42,563 nucleotides of DNA. Origin: Planctomycetota bacterium (GTDB lineage Bacteria; Planctomycetota; UBA1135; UBA2386). The stretch's first letter is position 1. Each line of letters opens with the position of its first letter. Where the stretch lies: the NCBI GenBank assembly GCA_040375075.1, contig JBEITC010000002.1:1-42563 (forward strand), given 5' to 3'. This document shows positions 1 through 10,710 of the stretch, in pieces. The notes beneath the pieces are model-generated. The model searched no databases, was not told the DNA's origin, and was given only the letters and a program-made list of their open reading frames with translations. Position numbers and translations under genes: made by a program.

Positions 1-187
1 GAGGACGGCCAGGAGTCGCGGAACGACGCCGGCTGGCGCCGCTCGCCCGCGCTGGCGACGCAGCGCTGGCGCTCGCGTCGTCGCATCGTCACCGCAGGCG
101 CGAGGCCGCGCCTCGCCCCGCGGCATCGCCCGCGCCGCGGCAGCCTCGGCCACCGGCGCGCGGGCCGCCACCGTCACCGATCGAACG

Positions 188-2942
<2,755 letters not shown>

Positions 2943-2953
2943 GTGGGTTCCGA

Positions 2954-4048
2954 TCAGGAGCCGCTGATCGGCATGACGATGTAGGTGAACGACTCGCCGA
3001 GCGTGAACTTCGCCGGCATCGAGTCGTCCGACATGTCGAGGCGCACCGTGTCGAGTTGGCAGACTCGCAGCGACTCGAGGATGTAGTCGGGGTTGAAGTT
3101 GATGCTGCCGCCTGCCCCCTTCACGTCCGCGTCGATGGTCACGTCGGCGCGGCCGCGGGTCGAGCTGTCGGCGGTCATGCGCAGCGACTGCTGGCCGATC
3201 TCGAAGCGCACGACGCGCATGTCCGACGAGCACAGGACCGACGACCGGCGGAGCGCGCCTTCCAGCACCGCCCGCGGGATCTCGACCGTCGTGTCGGCCG
3301 ACTTCGGCACGACGCCCTCGTAGTCGGGGAAGCGCGTCTCGAGCAGTTGGCTGACCAGCTGGGCCTTGCCGGTGACGAAGACGATCTGCTTGTCGCCGAC
3401 CTCGATGGTCAGGTTCTCCTTGCTGCCCTCGGACAGGGCGCGGGCAAGGGTGTTGAGCGCGCGCAGCGGGATCACCACCTTGCACTCGGCCTTGGTAGAG
3501 ACGGTGGCGTAGCTGATGGCGAGGCGCCGGCCGTCCGTGGCGACCATGCGCAAGGTGCCCTCGCTGGCGTCCAGCAGGACGCCGTTGATGGCGTAGCGCG
3601 TCTCCTCGCGGGCCGCCGAGAAGGCGGTCTCCTGGATCATCCGGAGCATCCTGCCGGCCTCGATCTCGATCTTCTTGCCGCCCTTCACCTGGGCCTCGTC
3701 CGGGAACTGGGCGGGATCCTCGCCCAGCAGGACGAAGTTGCCGCCGCCGCTCTCGATGCGGCAGCGCTGATCGGTGCTCTCCAGGGTGACCGTCGGATCG
3801 CTGAGCTCGCGCAGCAAGGCGCCCGTCTCGCGGGCCGGCAGCAGCACGCTGCCCTTCTTGGAGACCTTGACCGAGTCGAGCACGACGCGGGCGGCCATCT
3901 CGAGGTCCGTCGCGAACAGCGTGATGCCGTCGTCGCTGGCTCGGACGAGGAAGTTCTGCAGGATCGGCTTCGTGGTCTTCACCGGGACGACGGAGGACAC
4001 GACGTTCACGGCTTCCTGCAGAGCCGTACGGTCACAGAGGATCTTCAT
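2954..4048 (-). CDS. dnaN: DNA polymerase III beta sliding clamp
   Basis: MKILCDRTALQEAVNVVSSVVPVKTTKPILQNFL is a typical DnaN N-terminus, and the protein is 364 aa with a three-domain length. ATG at 4046-4048 is chosen over the track start at 4114, which adds 22 Arg-rich residues. Confidence 0.93.
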   Translation of the reverse strand: MKILCDRTALQEAVNVVSSVVPVKTTKPILQNFLVRASDDGITLFATDLEMAARVVLDSVKVSKKGSVLLPARETGALLRELSDPTVTLESTDQRCRIESGGGNFVLLGEDPAQFPDEAQVKGGKKIEIEAGRMLRMIQETAFSAAREETRYAINGVLLDASEGTLRMVATDGRRLAISYATVSTKAECKVVIPLRALNTLARALSEGSKENLTIEVGDKQIVFVTGKAQLVSQLLETRFPDYEGVVPKSADTTVEIPRAVLEGALRRSSVLCSSDMRVVRFEIGQQSLRMTADSSTRGRADVTIDADVKGAGGSINFNPDYILESLRVCQLDTVRLDMSDDSMPAKFTLGESFTYIVMPISGS

Positions 4049-4603
4049 CGTTCGCGTTCGACTGGTCTCGGATCGGGGGACGCAGCGGCGCGTGGAGCGG
4101 GCTGCGCGGCGCACGACGCGGTGAAGTAGTTAGAGAGAGAATTCTTCTCTCATCACCACCCTCCGTGCCGTCACGAGTTGGGAAGGTTAGCGGTCGAAAG
4201 GCTCCCGAAAGAAGGGAAACAGCCGTTTCGAGGCGATCCTCGCGTCTGGAAAACCAGCCGGAAAACGACTCGGAAAGACCTCGCATTTTCGACACGCGGA
4301 GCGGCTGACGAAGCCGGGCCGCAGACCTCCGGACAGTCGTGCACACGGCTCCGCGGAATGCCCACGGAACGCCCCACGGGACTGCACAGGTCTTTGGACG
4401 TTTGCAGCCGCCGGATCTCGCGTCGCGGTGCGGCCGAGGCGCCAACGCGTCAAAAGATCCGCCGGTGGCAAGGAGGCCACGCGCGAGCGGGCTGGCGACG
4501 GCGACGAGCGCCGGAAGCGGCTGTTCCACCGGATCGGATCGCCGGGAACGCGCACGGTGGCGCCCAGGATCGAGTTCCAGGGCGGAGCCAGCGTCACCAC
4601 AGG

Positions 4604-4632
4604 GGCAGGCGCTCATCGAACAAGCGCCTGCC
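4604..4632 (-). terminator. Hairpin about 20 nt downstream of the dnaA stop (GGCAGGCGC, 11-nt loop, GCGCCTGCC)
   Basis: Perfect 9-bp GC stem read directly from the sequence. There is no U-tract after it on the minus strand, so its function as an intrinsic terminator is uncertain. Confidence 0.35.
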
Positions 4633-4652
4633 CAGCAGGCTCAGCGGCCGTC

Positions 4653-6164
4653 TCAGGTGCGGAAGGAGCGCGTCAGCAGGCGGTTGCCCAGCCCGTCCAG
4701 CAGCTCCTTGAACATGCGGTCCTTCTGCGACCGCTCGCGGATCTTGTTGACCGCGTACAGCACGGTCGTGTGGTCACGGTTGCCGAAGATGCGGCCGACG
4801 TCCTCGAGCGAGCTCTCGGTGTGATCGCGCAGCAGGAACATGGCGATCTGGCGCGGCAGGCTGACGGTCTGCGTGCGGCTCTTGCCGGTCAGCTCGCGCG
4901 CGGTGATGGCGAACTCCGAGGTGATGAGCGTCATCACGTCGTCGACCGACACCTGGGCGTGGCGCGACGGCATGCCGCGCACGCAGTTCTCGGCCAGCGC
5001 CAGCGAGATCGGCTGGTCCGTGATCGCGGCGATGCCGACGACCTTGATGACCGCGCCTTCGAGCTCGCGGATGTTGGTCGTGACGCGCTCCGCCAGGTAG
5101 CGGGCGACGTCCTCGGGCAGTTCGACGCCGCGGCCGGCGGCCTTGCGGCGCACGATCGCGACGCGCGTGTCGAAGCACGGCGCCTCGACCTCGGCGACGA
5201 GGCCCCACTTGAAGCGCGAAACGAGGCGCTCCTCGACCGTCGGGATCTCGACCGGCGGACGGTCGCTCGACAGGACGATCTGCTTCTGGGCGTCGTACAG
5301 CGCGTTGAACGTGTGGAAGAACTCGTCCTGCGTCTTTTCCTTGTTGGCCAGGAACTGGACGTCGTCGATCACCAGCACGTCGGCGCTGCGGTAGTAGTCG
5401 CGGAACGCGTCGAGCTGGTGCGTCGTGATCGCCTGGATGAAGGCGTTGGTGAAGTCCTCGCAGCTCAGGTAGAGCACGCGGGCGTTCGGGTCGCGGCGCA
5501 GCACCGTGTGGCAGATCGCCTGCAGCAGGTGCGACTTGCCCAAGCCGACGTTGCCGTGGACGAACAGCGGGTTGTAGGCGCAACCCGGGTTCTCGCCGAT
5601 CGCGAGCGACGAAGCGTGCGCGAGGCGGTTGCACGGACCGACGACGAAGCGGTCGAACGTGTAGTTCGGGTTGAGCGTCTGTGCGGTGCGGCGGGCGGCG
5701 AAGCTCGGCACGGCCTGCGCGCTGACCGCGGCCGGTCCGACCGGCAGCGAGGGCATGGCGGAGGCGACCGGCGTCGGCGGGGTGCGCGCGTCACGGGTGC
5801 GCATCAGGCGGTCGGCTTCGTCCGACATCGCCACCGGCTGGGCGAAGCGCAGGCTGTCGAAGCCGTCCTCGTCGCGGTGCGTCAGCACGACGCGCCGGCG
5901 CGGCTCGCCGAGCGCGGCGACCGCCTCCTGCAGCGTCGACAGGTAGTTCTTCTGCAGCCAGTCGCGAACGAACTGGCTGGTGACGGAGAGTTCGATCTCC
6001 TGGTCGTCGACGCGGCGAACGTCGAGCGACCGGAACCAGGTCTCCAACTGCTCGCGCCGGATCCGGGATCCGAGGTGTTGCAGCAGGGAGCGCAACAGAC
6101 CTCGTTCGCTGCCCGCGTTCGTCGCGGCTTGCGTCACGGGGTCCGGAGCAGGGGCGTCCACCAT
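4653..6164 (-). CDS. dnaA: Chromosomal replication initiator DnaA
   Basis: AAA+ Walker A motif (GNVGLGKSHLL) and a C-terminal DnaA-box-binding domain (DHTTVLYAVNKI). The track start at 6215 is a TTG. I prefer the in-frame ATG at 6162-6164 (MVDAPAPD...). The 5' end is uncertain by 17 codons. Confidence 0.95.
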   Translation of the reverse strand: MVDAPAPDPVTQAATNAGSERGLLRSLLQHLGSRIRREQLETWFRSLDVRRVDDQEIELSVTSQFVRDWLQKNYLSTLQEAVAALGEPRRRVVLTHRDEDGFDSLRFAQPVAMSDEADRLMRTRDARTPPTPVASAMPSLPVGPAAVSAQAVPSFAARRTAQTLNPNYTFDRFVVGPCNRLAHASSLAIGENPGCAYNPLFVHGNVGLGKSHLLQAICHTVLRRDPNARVLYLSCEDFTNAFIQAITTHQLDAFRDYYRSADVLVIDDVQFLANKEKTQDEFFHTFNALYDAQKQIVLSSDRPPVEIPTVEERLVSRFKWGLVAEVEAPCFDTRVAIVRRKAAGRGVELPEDVARYLAERVTTNIRELEGAVIKVVGIAAITDQPISLALAENCVRGMPSRHAQVSVDDVMTLITSEFAITARELTGKSRTQTVSLPRQIAMFLLRDHTESSLEDVGRIFGNRDHTTVLYAVNKIRERSQKDRMFKELLDGLGNRLLTRSFRT

Positions 6165-6503
6165 GGGGGCGACTGGGAGGGCAGCGGGTTGGTGTGAGAG
6201 GCGCACCCGTTGCAAGCGACGAGACGGCCGTCCACCGACCGCTTTAGGGCGGGGGCCGAACGAGACGTGCGGGCTGGCTCAGGGAGGGAAGAGCGGCAAG
6301 TTTCCGGCTAGGCAACCGGATCGCGCCGTCGACTGACGCTTCGTTTCTTACCGATGCCATCGAGCCGTGCAAGGGCGCGCGCACAACTTTGCGCACGAAC
6401 TTCACAGGGTCTTCGACATCGCATCGCGCCGCGAGTTCGCTCGCCTGCGTAGGACAACCACTTCGGCGCGCAGCTCGCTGCGAAACCAGCGCTCCACACG
6501 ACG

Positions 6504-7619
6504 TCAGATTTTCTTCTGCAACGTCCGCACGACCTCACCAGTCCGTCCACCGGTTCTGCGCAAGCTCTCCAGATCGTCGCGCCAGCCGAAGCTGAAGCGC
6601 ACGCAGGCGCGCGCCTCGGCTTCTTGCAGGCCGATGCTGGTCAGGATGCGCGGCGGCGTCGGCGCGCCGGACGAACACGCCGAGCCGTGCGAGGCCTGCA
6701 CTCCCGCGAGGTCCAGCGCCGGCACCAGGTTGCGGCCGTCGACGCCTGGGAAGTGCACCATCGCCGTGTTGGGCAGGCTGTCGGCCAGCGGTGTCAGCAG
6801 GCGATGGGCCGCGCCGGTCGCCGTGAGCGCGGCGAGGAAGTTCGTGCGCGCTTCCGCCATGCGCTCGGCCCGCGCTGCCTGCTCGCGCACCGCCAACTCG
6901 ATCGCCAAGGCGTTGGCTGCCGCCAGCGCCGGACTCTGCGTGCCTGGCCGCACGCCGAGTTCCTGGGCGCCGCCGCGGAGGAGCGGCTGCAGCCGGTGGG
7001 CGAGATCCGGTCCGACCAGAATGCCGTGACCGCGCAGACCCCCTGCCTTGTGCGGCGACAGGGCGACGAACGCGCCGCCGGCGAAGAGCTCGCCCAACGG
7101 CAGCCGGCCGAGTGTCTGCGCGGCATCGACGAAGCACGGCACGCCAAGCGACGCTGCCAGGGCGATCGCCGCGGCGACCGGCTGCACGGCGCCGAGTTCG
7201 CTCTGGGCGTGCACCAGCGCGATCAGGCCGACGGGGCGCGCCGGCTGGGTCACGATCGCGCGGCCGTCGCGATCGACCGACCACGGCGCCACGCCGCGCG
7301 CCTGCGCCGGCTCGTGCACCGCCGCGTGTTCGGTCGGCGCGAGCGCCACCGGCAGGCCGGGGTCGCCGAGGCCGCGGACGGCGAGGTTGGCGGCCTCGGT
7401 GCCGCCGCTGGTGAACACCACGTCGGCGGCGACGACGCCCAGCGCCGCGGCGATGCGCTGGCGCGCTTGCTCCAGCTCGGCGCGGGCGCGGCGGCCGGCG
7501 CCGTGCGCGCTCGCCGGATTGCCAGGGCAGCGACCCTCGACCTCGACGAAGCGGGCGACGACCTCGGGCAAGGCCGGCGCGCCGGCGTTGAAGTCGCAGA
7601 ACTGCGGCGCCGTGGTCAT
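6504..7619 (-). CDS. Class V aminotransferase, NifS/IscS-like cysteine desulfurase
   Basis: 371 aa starting MTTAPQFCDFNAGAP. Has a PLP-lysine motif (SPHKAGGLRGHG) and an active-site Cys loop (SHGSACSSG). The ATG at 7619 overlaps the bshA stop as ATGA. The upstream 184 codons of the track ORF overlap bshA and are rejected. Confidence 0.85.
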   Translation of the reverse strand: MTTAPQFCDFNAGAPALPEVVARFVEVEGRCPGNPASAHGAGRRARAELEQARQRIAAALGVVAADVVFTSGGTEAANLAVRGLGDPGLPVALAPTEHAAVHEPAQARGVAPWSVDRDGRAIVTQPARPVGLIALVHAQSELGAVQPVAAAIALAASLGVPCFVDAAQTLGRLPLGELFAGGAFVALSPHKAGGLRGHGILVGPDLAHRLQPLLRGGAQELGVRPGTQSPALAAANALAIELAVREQAARAERMAEARTNFLAALTATGAAHRLLTPLADSLPNTAMVHFPGVDGRNLVPALDLAGVQASHGSACSSGAPTPPRILTSIGLQEAEARACVRFSFGWRDDLESLRRTGGRTGEVVRTLQKKI

Positions 7620-8722
7620 CGCCTGGCGAGCACGCGCGCGTAGATCGCTTCGTACTGGGCGACGATGCGATCGACGCCGAAGTGCTCGATGGCGCGCTGC
7701 CGCGCGGCGGTGGCGAGGCGGCCGTGCAGGTCGGGGTCGCGCAGGATCGTCAGCGCCGCCGCCGCCAGCGCGTCGGGTTGGCCGAGCGGGGCGAGACGAC
7801 CGGTGTCGCCGAGCACCTCGGCGACGCCGCCGACCGCGGTGCTGACGCACGGCACGCCGCAGGCCATCGCCTCGAGCATCGAGAGGCCGAACCTCTCCGT
7901 CTCCGACGCCGACAGGAACAGGTCCGCCTGCGCCAGCGAGCGCTCGAGGTCGTCCTGCATGCCGACGTGCTCGACGCGTTCGCGGCAACCGAGGTCGGCG
8001 GCGACGGCGAGCGCGTGCTCGCGGTCGGGGCCGTCCCCCACCAGCAGCAGTCGCGCCGGGACTTCGCGCTGGATCGCCGCGAACGCCCGCACGATGTCGG
8101 CGACGCGCTTCACCGGCCGGAAGTTCGACGCGTGCACCAGCAGGCGCTCCTGCTCGGGGCGCTGCGCCCACGGCTTGCGGTCGCCGGGCTGGAAGCGCCC
8201 GGTGTCGACGAAGTTGGGCACCACGTCGACCGGCTGACGAACGCCGAAGACCCGGTGCGTCTCGTCGGCGAGGAAGTGGCTGACGGCGGTGACCGCGTCG
8301 GACTGCTCGAGCGCGAAGCGCGTCGGCCGCATGTACGCCGGGTCGCTGCCGACGACGGTGATGTCGGTGCCGTGCAGCGTGGTGACGAAGCGGAGCCGGC
8401 CGTCGCCCATGCTGCGGGCTAGGAACGCGCTCACCGCGTGCGGGATCGCGTAGTGCACGTGGAAGAGGTCGATGCCGGCCTCTTCCTGCACTTCGAGCAT
8501 GCGCGTCGCGAGCGCGAGGTCGTACGGCGGGTAGCGGAACAGCGGGTACGCCGAGACCGCGACCTGGTGGAAGCGCACGCTGCCGCCGCGCCGGAGCCGG
8601 CCGGGGCGGTCGTAGCTGAGCAGGTGGACGTCGTGGCCACGGCCGGACAGCGCCTGGGCCATCTCCGTCGCGACCACGCCGCTGCCGCCGACGGTCGGAT
8701 AGCAGACGATGCCGATGCGCAT
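7616..8722 (-). CDS. bshA: N-acetyl-alpha-D-glucosaminyl L-malate synthase (bacillithiol glycosyltransferase BshA)
   Basis: 368 aa. MRIGIVCYPTVGGSGVVATEMAQAL...YPPYDLALATRM...HVHYAIPHAV...TTLHGTDITVVG closely tracks Bacillus BshA as I remember it. GT4 fold. Confidence 0.9.
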   Translation of the reverse strand: MRIGIVCYPTVGGSGVVATEMAQALSGRGHDVHLLSYDRPGRLRRGGSVRFHQVAVSAYPLFRYPPYDLALATRMLEVQEEAGIDLFHVHYAIPHAVSAFLARSMGDGRLRFVTTLHGTDITVVGSDPAYMRPTRFALEQSDAVTAVSHFLADETHRVFGVRQPVDVVPNFVDTGRFQPGDRKPWAQRPEQERLLVHASNFRPVKRVADIVRAFAAIQREVPARLLLVGDGPDREHALAVAADLGCRERVEHVGMQDDLERSLAQADLFLSASETERFGLSMLEAMACGVPCVSTAVGGVAEVLGDTGRLAPLGQPDALAAAALTILRDPDLHGRLATAARQRAIEHFGVDRIVAQYEAIYARVLARR

Positions 8723-8996
8723 GCGCCGAGGATGCTAGGGCCGACGGCGCGGGAATGGGAAGCCGGGGCGGTCGGATGCGGCGCGTCGGCCCGATGGCAT
8801 CGACGGCCAGGTCGCCACTGACTCCGGCGATGCGCGGTCCGCGCGCGTTCGTGCCTCGCCGTGCCCCCGGCGGCTCAGCGGCGTGGCCGCGTCGGCGCCG
8901 TGGCGCGCGCGCTTGCCGTCGGCGCGGCGTCCGTGCCGTGGCGTCGAGCGACGCCTGCGCGCGGCGCAGCGCGCCGTCGCGTCCCTTCGTCGGCGA

Positions 8997-9629
8997 TCAG
9001 CGGTCGCCGAACACGGTCGTCTTCGGCAGCTCGAGCGCGATCAGCAGGCGCTTCTGCTCGTCGACGTCGACCTTGCAGTGGCCGCCGAAGCCGGCCACGA
9101 ACTCGCACAGCGTGATGGCGCGCTGGTGCACGTTGCGGTCGCGCTTGCCGCCGTTGCACTCGAACTCGACCACCACGGTCTCGCCCTCGTCGCGGGCGTG
9201 GATCGCCAGCTCGTCGCCGGCGCGCATGCGGCCGGTCGCGAGCGCGAGCGCGCGCTGCATCGCGCTGGCGAGCTGGTTGCCGGCGCAACGCACCGGGCCG
9301 AGCTTGGGCGCCAGCTGCATGCGCACCACGATCGGCATGCCGACCTTGGCGAGGCAGGCGTCGACCTCGCGGGCGAGGATCGGGCGCACCTCGCACTGCT
9401 CGGACGGCTCGATCGCGTCGACGACGCCGGTGACGAGCTCGTTGAGCGTCGCCATCTCCTCTTCGAGCAGCGACTCGAGCGCCGCGCCATCGGCGCCGTC
9501 GCCGACCTGCTGCACGCGGTACGCGCTCTCGTCGATGCGACCGAGGCACTGTCCGAGCATCGCCGTCAACCGATCCAGTTCGCTGTCGTGCGCCATGCTC
9601 CGCGTATCGGCAGTCCCGATCCGCGACAT
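8997..9629 (-). CDS. Soluble histidine-kinase-like (GHKL) protein with degenerate catalytic motifs; function unknown
   Basis: 210-aa ORF, 30 nt downstream of parA on the same strand. The C-terminal half has HATPase_c-like topology (GNQLASAMQRALALATGRMRAGDELAIHARDEGETVVVEFECNGG...GFGGHCKVDVDEQKRLLIALELP). However, the N-box Asn, the G1 DxGxG motif and the G2/ATP-lid all appear lost or deleted. There is a possible H-box remnant (AHDSELDRL). No TM or sensor domain is seen. An alternative ATG lies at 9596. Confidence 0.55.
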   Translation of the reverse strand: MSRIGTADTRSMAHDSELDRLTAMLGQCLGRIDESAYRVQQVGDGADGAALESLLEEEMATLNELVTGVVDAIEPSEQCEVRPILAREVDACLAKVGMPIVVRMQLAPKLGPVRCAGNQLASAMQRALALATGRMRAGDELAIHARDEGETVVVEFECNGGKRDRNVHQRAITLCEFVAGFGGHCKVDVDEQKRLLIALELPKTTVFGDR

Positions 9630-9659
9630 GAGGCAGGATTCGACGGTTTCCGCGGTCGC

Positions 9660-10541
9660 TCAGCCGGTTTCGCCGCCGTTCGCGGCGGGCGGGGTCTCGT
9701 CCTGGGCCGCGGTCTCCGCCGCGCCGGACTTCCGCTTGCCCGATGCCGCCGGCGCATGCGCGCCGGTTTGCGGCAGGCCGACCATGCCGAGGAACTCGGC
9801 GGCGAAGGCGTCGTAGTCCTTCGCGCCATTGCTGTCGGGAGCGTGCTCGAAGATCGTGCGGCCGAAGCTCGGCGCCTCCGCGAGCTTGACGTTGTTGCGG
9901 ATGCGCGACTTCGTCAGCATCGCGCCGAAGTGCGCCTCGATCTCGCGCAGCACCTCGACGCTGAGGTTGGTGCGCGCGTCGAGCATGCAGGGCAGCACGC
10001 AGGCGACCTGGATCGCCGGGTTGAGCCGCTTCTGCACCAGCTGGATGACCTCCATCAGCTTGGCCATGCCCTGCAGCGACAGGTACTCGGCCTGCATCGG
10101 GATGATCACGTGATCCGCGGCGACGAGCGCGTTGGCGCTGAGCACGCCGAGCGACGGCGGGCAGTCGAAGAGCACGACGTCATGGTCCTTCGCGTCCGGC
10201 CACGCCTCGAGCGCCTCGCGCAGGATGGTCTCGCGGCCGATGCGGTTGGCGAGCACCTGCTCGACGCCGGCGAGCGACGTGTCCGACGGCACGACCGCGA
10301 GGTTGGGCGTCGTCGTCGGCTGCACGAGGCCTTGCAGCGGCGCGTCCTCGACCAGCAGGTTGGTCATCGTCTGGCCTTCGAGGTCGGGCCGCTTGTCGAC
10401 GTGCACCGTCAGGTTGGCCTGCGGGTCCATGTCGAGCAGCAGCACGCGGAAGCCGCGCCGGGCGAGCGCGGCGCCGAGGTTGACCGTCGTCGTCGTCTTG
10501 CCGACGCCGCCCTTCTGGTTGATGACCGCGACGCGCTTCAT
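9660..10541 (-). CDS. parA: ParA/Soj-family ATPase (orphan; no ParB in the window)
   Basis: MKRVAVINQKGGVGKTTTTVNLGAALARRG...LLLDMDPQANLT shows the deviant Walker A motif KGGVGKT. ATG at 10541 is preferred over the ATG at 10559 or the TTG at 10592. Has a low-complexity C-terminal tail of about 45 aa (PQTGAHAPAASGKRKSGAAETAAQDETPPAANGGETG). Confidence 0.9.
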   Translation of the reverse strand: MKRVAVINQKGGVGKTTTTVNLGAALARRGFRVLLLDMDPQANLTVHVDKRPDLEGQTMTNLLVEDAPLQGLVQPTTTPNLAVVPSDTSLAGVEQVLANRIGRETILREALEAWPDAKDHDVVLFDCPPSLGVLSANALVAADHVIIPMQAEYLSLQGMAKLMEVIQLVQKRLNPAIQVACVLPCMLDARTNLSVEVLREIEAHFGAMLTKSRIRNNVKLAEAPSFGRTIFEHAPDSNGAKDYDAFAAEFLGMVGLPQTGAHAPAASGKRKSGAAETAAQDETPPAANGGETG

Positions 10542-10614
10542 GGATGCCACGAAGACCATGGTCGCCGCGCCCCGCGCCGCGGCAAAGCCCAAACTCCGCG
10601 CGGCCGGCGCGGCA

Positions 10615-10710
10615 CTGCCGGTCGCGCTGCCGGTCGCGCTGCCGGTCGCGCTGCCGGTTGCACTGCCGGTTGCACTGCCGGTTGCACTGCCGGTCCAGCT
10701 GCCGGTTCAG
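10615..10710. repeat. Perfect 12-bp tandem repeat, 8 units, in the bshB-parA intergenic region
   Basis: Plus strand reads (CTGCCGGTCGCG)x3, (CTGCCGGTTGCA)x3, CTGCCGGTCCAG, CTGCCGGTTCAG, head to tail. The invariant core is CTGCCGGT (ACCGGCAG on the minus strand). The last unit contains the bshB stop codon. Confidence 0.97.

Noticed and set aside
1-187. A possible gene fragment at the left edge. Plus-strand frame 1 is open with high GC3, and two minus-strand ATGs at 85 and 126 open frames that run out of the window.
   Set aside because: It is too short and too Arg-rich to assign. No motif is visible, so it is left unannotated.
4032-4616. ORFs of 137-194 aa on both strands inside the dnaN-dnaA spacer.
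   Set aside because: They have Arg/Pro/Ser-rich nonsense composition, mutually overlapping frames, and no SD sequence or motif. The region is treated as non-coding (candidate oriC/UTR).
8451-8466. A parS-like sequence, TAGTGCACGTGGAAGA, with about 11/16 identity to TGTTTCACGTGAAACA.
   Set aside because: It is a poor match, lies inside the bshA coding sequence and lacks palindromic symmetry. No better parS candidate was found anywhere in the window.
10615-10710. Possible CRISPR array.
   Set aside because: The units are 12 bp and directly abutting with no spacers, and there are no cas genes in the window.
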